A DNA stretch of 32,836 bases from Candidatus Woesearchaeota archaeon. Its GTDB lineage: Archaea; Nanobdellota; Nanobdellia; Woesearchaeales; WJIZ01. The DNA lies in assembly GCA_018221205.1 (NCBI GenBank), contig JAAOYF010000044.1, forward strand, positions 1-32,836, read 5' to 3'. Position numbers and translations under genes: made by a program. Of this stretch, positions 8,858 through 15,010 are shown in pieces (position 1 is the stretch's first letter; the number at the start of each line of letters is the position of its first letter). The notes beneath the pieces were generated by a model. That model ran no database searches. It was not told the DNA's origin and saw nothing but the letters and a program-made list of their open reading frames with translations.

Positions 8858-9760
8858 ATGGTAAAAACAGTATTCCAAAGAATTACTGAGAAAAAGAAAG
8901 AACTAGACTCTTTAAGGCCTCTTGAAGAGTCACAAATAAGTAAATTAATAGAAGAAAATGACATAGATTACATCTATAATTCTGTTTCAATAGAGGGAAA
9001 TACTTTAACATTAAATGAAACCAGATTTATTTTAGAAAAAGGAATTACTATCGGAGGTAAGAATCTAAGAGAACATCTTGATGTTACCAATCAAAAAGAA
9101 GCCATGACTTGGATTAGAGAACAAATTAAAAAGAAAATCACAGAAGCAGATATTTTAATCCTTCATAGAATAACTCTTAAAGGCATTTCAGATTACTGGG
9201 CAGGGAAGTATAAGACATCTCAAAATAGAATATTGGGTTCTAAATTAAAAACAACTCTCCCTCATAAGGTTCAAAGTGAAATGCACAACTTAGTGCAATT
9301 TATGCAAAAACCAAAAGGAACTATCGTTGATATTGTAGTATTTGTTCACCATGAGTTAGTTAGAATTCATCCATTTGTTGATGGGAATGGAAGAGTAGCC
9401 AGACTACTTGTAAATCTTGTTCTCATTAAAAATGGATATCCTCCAATAATAATTAAGAATCAAGATAGGAAAAGATATTTTGATAGCCTAGAAAAAGCAC
9501 ATTTTGGAAATATGGGGCCATTTAGATTTTTTATGGCATTGGCAGTTGAGTCATCATTAAACATGTATCTGAATGCTCTTAAGTCAACTAATAAAAAAAA
9601 TGAAATGTTGTCATTAAATGACTTATCAAAAGAAGTTGAATTTTCTCAAGAGTACCTTAGTCTGCTTGCGAGAATTGGAAAATTGAGTGCAACAAAAATA
9701 AATGGAGTATGGCATTCTACCAGAAAAGACCTAAATGAATATATGGATTCTCGAAATTAG
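8858..9760 (+). CDS. Fic family protein (class II, N-terminal inhibitory helix) with C-terminal excisionase-like HTH
   Basis: Canonical HPFVDGNGRVAR; inhibitory SVSIEGN; C-terminal LSLNDLSKE...YLSLLARIGKLSATKINGVW. Confidence 0.92.
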   Translation: MVKTVFQRITEKKKELDSLRPLEESQISKLIEENDIDYIYNSVSIEGNTLTLNETRFILEKGITIGGKNLREHLDVTNQKEAMTWIREQIKKKITEADILILHRITLKGISDYWAGKYKTSQNRILGSKLKTTLPHKVQSEMHNLVQFMQKPKGTIVDIVVFVHHELVRIHPFVDGNGRVARLLVNLVLIKNGYPPIIIKNQDRKRYFDSLEKAHFGNMGPFRFFMALAVESSLNMYLNALKSTNKKNEMLSLNDLSKEVEFSQEYLSLLARIGKLSATKINGVWHSTRKDLNEYMDSRN

Positions 9761-9803
9761 TGACAGTTTGTATCCCTAATTTCTAGACAAAAAGTACATA
9801 GGT

Positions 9804-9816
9804 ACGGCCAGTCCAT
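9804..9816 (+). repeat. Direct repeat copy 2 (ACGGCCAGTCCAT)
   Basis: Lies between fic and the toxin gene, abutting the toxin stop codon. Confidence 0.8.
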
Positions 9817-10157
9817 TACTTAAATCCTTTAGGTCCGATGATCTTTAGGATATTCTTTATCTCATTAATGGTTTTCTGCTGATGCTTCTTATCAGACATA
9901 CGGACAAATCTTAACAGTAAATCAGTTAAGTCATCAACGGATAAGAATTTCATCTTATGGCCATCTACTATGAAATAAAATCTAAAATTTCTATACTTTA
10001 ACTCCTTAATAAGGATTCCACCCACTGTTCCCAATACTTTTCCTTTTTTTGGATTCTCCTCGAGAGCTTTCAGATACTGTAACACCTTGACTGACTCGGC
10101 TTTAAATTGCTTGGAGATTTTCTGATACAAAGAGTCGACGACCTCTACATATGCCAT
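9816..10157 (-). CDS. RelE/ParE-like type II toxin
   Basis: 113 aa, basic; LEENPKKGKVL...IKELKYRNFRFYF pattern; overlaps an upstream small gene. Confidence 0.65.
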   Translation of the reverse strand: MAYVEVVDSLYQKISKQFKAESVKVLQYLKALEENPKKGKVLGTVGGILIKELKYRNFRFYFIVDGHKMKFLSVDDLTDLLLRFVRMSDKKHQQKTINEIKNILKIIGPKGFK

Positions 10158-10348
10158 TCTTTCTTTGCTCGCTTGATGGCTTCGTCAATCGGAATAGCAT
10201 TCTTAGAACTCATGAGAAATTCTCGAAGTTGCTCTTTGACAGCCATATCATACAACCTTTTAATGATGACTTCATAGGTGTCTTCCTTATTTCCAAAAGT
10301 ACTTATGAGTTTCTTGGTTTCGTTGCTTATCTGTATTGTAGTATTCAT
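10145..10348 (-). CDS. Antitoxin, archaeal ribbon-helix-helix type
   Basis: MNTTIQISNETKKL...TYEVIIKRL N-terminus, IPIDEA C-terminus; 13-nt overlap with the toxin gene. Confidence 0.7.
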   Translation of the reverse strand: MNTTIQISNETKKLISTFGNKEDTYEVIIKRLYDMAVKEQLREFLMSSKNAIPIDEAIKRAKKEWHM

Positions 10349-10425
10349 TCTATAGCCAGTATAGTGACTATAGTATATAAATGTTACGCTAACCTAAACA
10401 CAATTGTGCATAAGAATTAGCAAAT

Positions 10426-10441
10426 ATTGACGGCCAGTCAT
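10426..10441 (+). repeat. Direct repeat copy 3 (ATTGACGGCCAGTCAT)
   Basis: One base shorter than copy 1; 5 nt from the helicase stop codon. Confidence 0.8.
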
Positions 10442-10446
10442 ATTCT

Positions 10447-11733
10447 TTATCTTTTAGAACGATGTTTGTGCCGTGACCTAAATTTGGATTTTCTAGAAAA
10501 TGAGTGCCTTGATGCGGGTTTTGATTTTCTTGATTTAAATCCTCTAGAAAATGATTTCCTTGGTGGAGGTTTTGCTGCTGTACCTACTGCGTTTTTAGCA
10601 GACTCTGAATGAAAAGTATGATCCATGACATCCAGCTTTTGCTTTATCAACCTTTCAATATCGCTAAGGTAATTTCGCTCTTCAGCTGCGCAAAATGAGA
10701 ATGCAGTTCCATCCGAGCCAGCCCGAGCAGTTCTTCCGATCCTATGGACATAGCTTTCGGGTTCGTTTGGAAGCTCAAAATTTATAACATGCGAAATATT
10801 CTCAATATCTATTCCTCTGGCAGCGATATCGGTTGCTACAAGGACTTTAGTTCTACCTGTTTTAAAATCTTTAATCGCCTTAGTTCTTGCATTTTGTGTT
10901 TTATTTCCATGAATTGCATCTGAGGATATGCCATTTTTACTAAGAAATATCGCTACTTTGTTTGCCCTATGTTTTGTCCGGGTGAAGACTAAAACACTTG
11001 TAAGATGCTCATGTTCCAGAAGTTTTAACAATAACTTTGCTTTTGAATCCTGATCAACAAAAAATATATGTTGTTTCACACTTTCGACAGTAGTTGCCTG
11101 CGGTGCAACTTCAACATGGGTAGGGTCCTTTAAAAGGCTCTTTGCAAGTGTGTTGACTTGAGGAGACATTGTTGCTGAAAAAAATAGAGATTGTCTTTTA
11201 TGGGGCAGTTTTGAAATTATTTTCTTAATATCATGAATAAAACCCATATCCAGCATTCTGTCAGCTTCATCGAGTACAAAAAATTCTATATTCTTTAGAG
11301 TAAGTTTTCTTTGATTCATTAAATCTAATAATCTACCTGGTGTTGCAACAACAATATCTACTCCTTTAGATAATGCCTGCACTTGTCTTCCTTGTTTTAC
11401 TCCACCAAAGATCACTGTATGTTTAAATTTAAGAAATTGGCCATAGGTAGAAAAGCTTTCTCCGATTTGTGCAGCAAGTTCCCTCGTAGGGGTGAGTACC
11501 AATGTTTTGATCTCTCTGGGATATTTTTCAGTCATCCTTTGCAGTATGGGCAATATAAAAGCAGCAGTCTTTCCTGTTCCGGTTTGTGCAATGCCTATCA
11601 GATCTCTACCCAACAGCAGACCGGGAATTGATTTTGATTGTATAGGAGTAGGTATGGTATATCCTTCTTTGGTCAGTGCTCTCTCAAGAGGAGGGATTAG
11701 ATTCAGATCTTTAAATGATATCTTATTATCCAT
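10447..11733 (-). CDS. DEAD-box RNA helicase, RhlE-like
   Basis: Q motif [44 protein letters not shown]; Arg/Lys/Ser-rich tail. Confidence 0.96.
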   Translation of the reverse strand: MDNKISFKDLNLIPPLERALTKEGYTIPTPIQSKSIPGLLLGRDLIGIAQTGTGKTAAFILPILQRMTEKYPREIKTLVLTPTRELAAQIGESFSTYGQFLKFKHTVIFGGVKQGRQVQALSKGVDIVVATPGRLLDLMNQRKLTLKNIEFFVLDEADRMLDMGFIHDIKKIISKLPHKRQSLFFSATMSPQVNTLAKSLLKDPTHVEVAPQATTVESVKQHIFFVDQDSKAKLLLKLLEHEHLTSVLVFTRTKHRANKVAIFLSKNGISSDAIHGNKTQNARTKAIKDFKTGRTKVLVATDIAARGIDIENISHVINFELPNEPESYVHRIGRTARAGSDGTAFSFCAAEERNYLSDIERLIKQKLDVMDHTFHSESAKNAVGTAAKPPPRKSFSRGFKSRKSKPASRHSFSRKSKFRSRHKHRSKR

Positions 11734-11832
11734 TGCAGCTTAAAACATACTCCTGGTTATAAAAGTACGCTATTAGAAAGCTTGTTCAATAGTTTCTGGC
11801 ATTCCAGACAGAAAGTATATAGATAGCCCTGT

Positions 11833-12033
11833 CTATTTCTTAGGATTCTCTGGTACGACCATCCAAGCGATGATGTATAAGAGAATAAAGGGAAAGAATC
11901 CGGTCAGGATGATCAACAAAGCTGTTACGATTCTCACCATTGAAGGGTCCCAGTCGAAATACTCTGCTATTCCGCCGCAGACTCCTCCCAGCATCTTATC
12001 TTTTTTTGATCTGAATAAGCGTTTCTTTGCCAT
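11833..12033 (-). CDS. pspC: PspC domain membrane protein
   Basis: RLFRSKKDKMLGGVCGGIAEYF...VRI...YIIAWMVVP. Confidence 0.93.
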   Translation of the reverse strand: MAKKRLFRSKKDKMLGGVCGGIAEYFDWDPSMVRIVTALLIILTGFFPFILLYIIAWMVVPENPKK

Positions 12034-12113
12034 ATTGAACTAAAAAGCAGAGGGATATTTAAAATTAATGATTAAAACATATATTTTTATATGAGCTGGA
12101 TTTCATTGTTGAG

Positions 12114-13001
12114 ATGAAAAACAGCAGAGCTATGGTGTTAGGGAGCTTTATCGGAGATGCATTAGCTTTAGGCCCTCACTGGATCTATGATGTAGAAGAA
12201 TTGCATGACAAGTTTGGAGTTGTGGATGGCTTTACAGATCCTCCTAATGATTCATATCATCCTAACAAGAAAAAAGGAGGATTCACCCATTACGGAGATC
12301 AGACATTCATCCTTCTGGAGTCTTTGGCAAAGATGGGAAAATTTGATCTGCAAGACTATCTCTTCAGATGGCAGAGATTATTCACCCAGTATAATGACTA
12401 TCTTGATCATGCCACCAAAGATACGATGGAGCACATCGAAAAGGGAGTTAAACCCTCTGGTTCAGGATCTGAAGATATAAGTGCTGTCGGCAGGATTGCG
12501 CCGTTGCTGTACCTATATGAAGGGGATGATATGATCCTGACAGGGGTGAGAGAACTGATAGAGATGACCCACAACAATCCTTTAGTCATCGATACTGCCT
12601 TGTTCTTCGCTAAAGTCACTTCTCGAGTATTACATGGGAAAAGGCCTGTAGAGACGATCAAGAAAGTTATGGAGACTGCTCCAAAAACTGTCAAGGTGTT
12701 GATGCAAAAAGGCCTTGACTCTGCCCAGAAGAATTCAATCGAGGCCATCAATCATTTCCGAGCTGGCTGTTCTACAAGTATGGCATTGCCAGGGGTGATA
12801 CATCTGATCGCGAAATATGAGGATAGTCTCAAGGATGCATTAGTCAACAGTGTGATGGCTGGCGGCGACAATGCAGCCAGGGCAGCTGTTGTAGGCATGG
12901 TCTTGGGAGCTCATTTAGGAGAAAAGGCCATTCCGCGAGAATGGATCTCTGGATTACAGAAAAGAAAAGAAATAGAATCGTTATTGGATAAACTAAATTA
13001 A
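12114..13001 (+). CDS. ADP-ribosylglycohydrolase family protein (J1-crystallin/SelJ-like branch)
   Basis: IGDALALGPHWIYD, THYGDQ, MTHNNP, AGGDNAARAAVVGMVLGA, IPREW. Confidence 0.88.
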   Translation: MKNSRAMVLGSFIGDALALGPHWIYDVEELHDKFGVVDGFTDPPNDSYHPNKKKGGFTHYGDQTFILLESLAKMGKFDLQDYLFRWQRLFTQYNDYLDHATKDTMEHIEKGVKPSGSGSEDISAVGRIAPLLYLYEGDDMILTGVRELIEMTHNNPLVIDTALFFAKVTSRVLHGKRPVETIKKVMETAPKTVKVLMQKGLDSAQKNSIEAINHFRAGCSTSMALPGVIHLIAKYEDSLKDALVNSVMAGGDNAARAAVVGMVLGAHLGEKAIPREWISGLQKRKEIESLLDKLN

Positions 13002-13172
13002 TTCTCCAATATCGACTTCGTCTTCTGCTATCTGATCAAGCTCTTCAGTTGTCTCTTCCATAGCGCCTTCAGTCTCTTCTATGGTTTCCTGGGTTTCATC
13101 TACAACCTGGCTTGGACCGCATGCAGTCAGTACGACCGCAAGGATCAGCAATAATGCGATTAGCTGTTTCAT
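12993..13172 (-). CDS. Small acidic lipoprotein (59 aa), absent from the ORF track
   Basis: Hand translation MKQLIALLLILAVVLTACGPSQVVDETQETIEETEGAMEETTEELDQIAEDEVDIGELI; lipobox LTAC; ATGA overlap with the upstream gene. Confidence 0.8.
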   Translation of the reverse strand: MKQLIALLLILAVVLTACGPSQVVDETQETIEETEGAMEETTEELDQIAEDEVDIGELI

Positions 13173-14773
13173 GAGTCATCCTCCTCATCATTTTCATCGT
13201 CATTGATCTCGACACTTTTCTCAAGCACCCTGGCTTCTATGCGTTCCCTGATTTCAATCTGCTTTCCTTCAGCTGTCTCGATCCGGACCTCTCTTCTTAG
13301 CTCATTTGTGTCACGGATGTTTTTCACTCGTGCCTCGAAGGCCTTTATCCTGCTTCTCGCGACTTCTGGTGCAATATCGGGTGTTATCTCCTTGAATTCC
13401 TTGCTGAGCTCCTCGATCTTAGCTAATAGGTCAGAGACATCTTCGCCTTCTGCTTTCTTTGCTCGCACTTCTCTTTTTAATTCAGCGATATCTTTGGCGA
13501 GCTCTTTCTTGATCTCGTAGTTATCGGTTACTTGTTCCCTTCGTTCTTCGAACCTTTCCTTGGCTTCGTCCCATCTCTGCTTGATCTCTTCAACTTTTTC
13601 CTGAGACAACTCACCATCTTGGTACTTTTCCTTGAATTTCTCCATTACCTTGATCTTTGCAGCGAGGTCTGCCAAATCTGCCCCATCTTTCTTGAGCGCT
13701 TTGGCTTTTCTCTTGAAGTCATTTAGCTGTCTGGTGAACTGGGCATTGTTATGCTTGATTCTCAGCTCTAGCTCAGTTTCTTCAACTTCATCAGAGTCTT
13801 CGTGCTTGGCATCCTTGATCCTTGCTCGTAGCTCACCGCGTTCACCTTCTGGAACTAAATTATGCACTTCATCCTTGAATGCCTTGATGATTCTCCGAGC
13901 TTCCTGGATGGCAGCTTCAAATTCCTCCTGAGTCATGGTCTGCGGATCTATACCTTCTCTGAATGCTTTTAATTCAGCAAAAATCTCTTCTAGCGTAGTT
14001 GTATCCTTTTCTAATGCTTTAATCCTTTCAATTAAGATAGCAGCTTGTGCTTCATGCCGTAGTATCTTCTTCAAGAGTTGATAGGCTCTGACCATGTGGC
14101 CTCTTGGAGCATCGGTTACAGGCTCTTCCTCACCGATCTCATCTTCATCATCAACTTCCTCTTCTGTCTTATCAAGGAATTTTCCTCTTGCGTCATTTGC
14201 AAGATCCTTCGCTTCCTCAGCAAGGGCCTCTGCTTCTTCATAATTGCCAGCATCGAATGCTTCTTGAGCTTGGGCAAGGAAATCTTTGGCTTCTTCTAGT
14301 TTCTCCTTAGAAAGCTCGACCTCTTTACCGTCTGCCTCAGCTTCAGCAATCTCTTCCTCTGCCTTGGCTATCTCCTTTTCAGCATCCTCAATCTCCTTAG
14401 CAGCATCTTCAGTAAGATCCTCTTCATCTTCCTCATCAGTCTCATCTTCGAGGTCTTCACATTCTCCTGCATCGCAGAACTTATCTGCATCACAGTCAGT
14501 GTCTTCTACGCACTCAACTTCATCTTCCTCATCAGTCTCATCTTCTTCATCTGTTTCGTCTTCGTCATCAGAGTCATCTAAAACACACTCTGAAGGTAAT
14601 GGACATCCATCATCATCCAAACTGACATCATCATCCAATTCATATCCTTCCTCGCATTCTACAACAGTATATGTTGGACAATCATCATTAATTTCGTCAC
14701 TTTCAGCTATTGCCACTGCGGAAAAGAGCAGCAAAAAACACATCAATATCGTAAACAGTTGCTTCATTTTCAT
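13169..14773 (-). CDS. Secreted, highly acidic coiled-coil protein with Cys-rich N-terminal modules
   Basis: Signal peptide MKMKQLF...AVAIA, D/E tracts, AEALAEEAKDLA helical repeats. Confidence 0.8.
   Translation of the reverse strand: MKMKQLFTILMCFLLLFSAVAIAESDEINDDCPTYTVVECEEGYELDDDVSLDDDGCPLPSECVLDDSDDEDETDEEDETDEEDEVECVEDTDCDADKFCDAGECEDLEDETDEEDEEDLTEDAAKEIEDAEKEIAKAEEEIAEAEADGKEVELSKEKLEEAKDFLAQAQEAFDAGNYEEAEALAEEAKDLANDARGKFLDKTEEEVDDEDEIGEEEPVTDAPRGHMVRAYQLLKKILRHEAQAAILIERIKALEKDTTTLEEIFAELKAFREGIDPQTMTQEEFEAAIQEARRIIKAFKDEVHNLVPEGERGELRARIKDAKHEDSDEVEETELELRIKHNNAQFTRQLNDFKRKAKALKKDGADLADLAAKIKVMEKFKEKYQDGELSQEKVEEIKQRWDEAKERFEERREQVTDNYEIKKELAKDIAELKREVRAKKAEGEDVSDLLAKIEELSKEFKEITPDIAPEVARSRIKAFEARVKNIRDTNELRREVRIETAEGKQIEIRERIEARVLEKSVEINDDENDEEDDS
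14422..14545. repeat. 28-nt exact intragenic direct repeat
   Basis: CTTCATCTTCCTCATCAGTCTCATCTTC at 14422-14449 and 14518-14545, encoding EDETDEEDE. Confidence 0.85.
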
Positions 14774-14944
14774 ACCTCTGGCTTATGCTGTACATCTAAT
14801 AAGATGAGACAGTGTATAAGTCCTTAATGGACTTTATGGAACTGGGCTTTTTAAAGTTTTCTGTTAATTGCGCTATCAGTATACCATTATACACATAAAT
14901 ATATCAGATATATAAGAAAATGGGGGTTATTTTTCCATATGAGG

Positions 14945-14999
14945 AGGAATATCAAGAACTTAGAGACAACTGTCTCTGGGCCAAAATCTCGATATTCCT
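14945..14999. other. Long stem-loop just downstream of polB
   Basis: AGGAATATC/GATATTCCT outer arms and AGAGACA/TGTCTCT inner arms. Confidence 0.65.
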
Positions 15000-15010
15000 T
15001 GATAATGCAC

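Noticed and set aside
10386..10423. Integron attC site (CGCTAAC...ATTAGC around the palindrome CACAATTGTG)
   Set aside because: Under 40 bp, imperfect core sites, and no equivalent at the other junctions
8775..10438. GACGGCCAGT matches the 3' end of the M13 forward primer (vector contamination)
   Set aside because: Only 9-10 nt match, the GTAAAAC part is absent, no lacZ or vector sequence flanks it, and the copies share additional non-vector bases
8772..10441. CRISPR array
   Set aside because: Repeats are under 20 nt and separated by whole genes; no cas genes are present
14286..14807. Ser-rich 173-aa plus-strand ORF
   Set aside because: Antisense shadow of the Asp/Glu codons of the minus-strand gene
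14945..14999. Archaeal SECIS element
   Set aside because: Lacks the GAA/A loop followed by three G-C pairs, and no in-frame UGA gene was seen nearby
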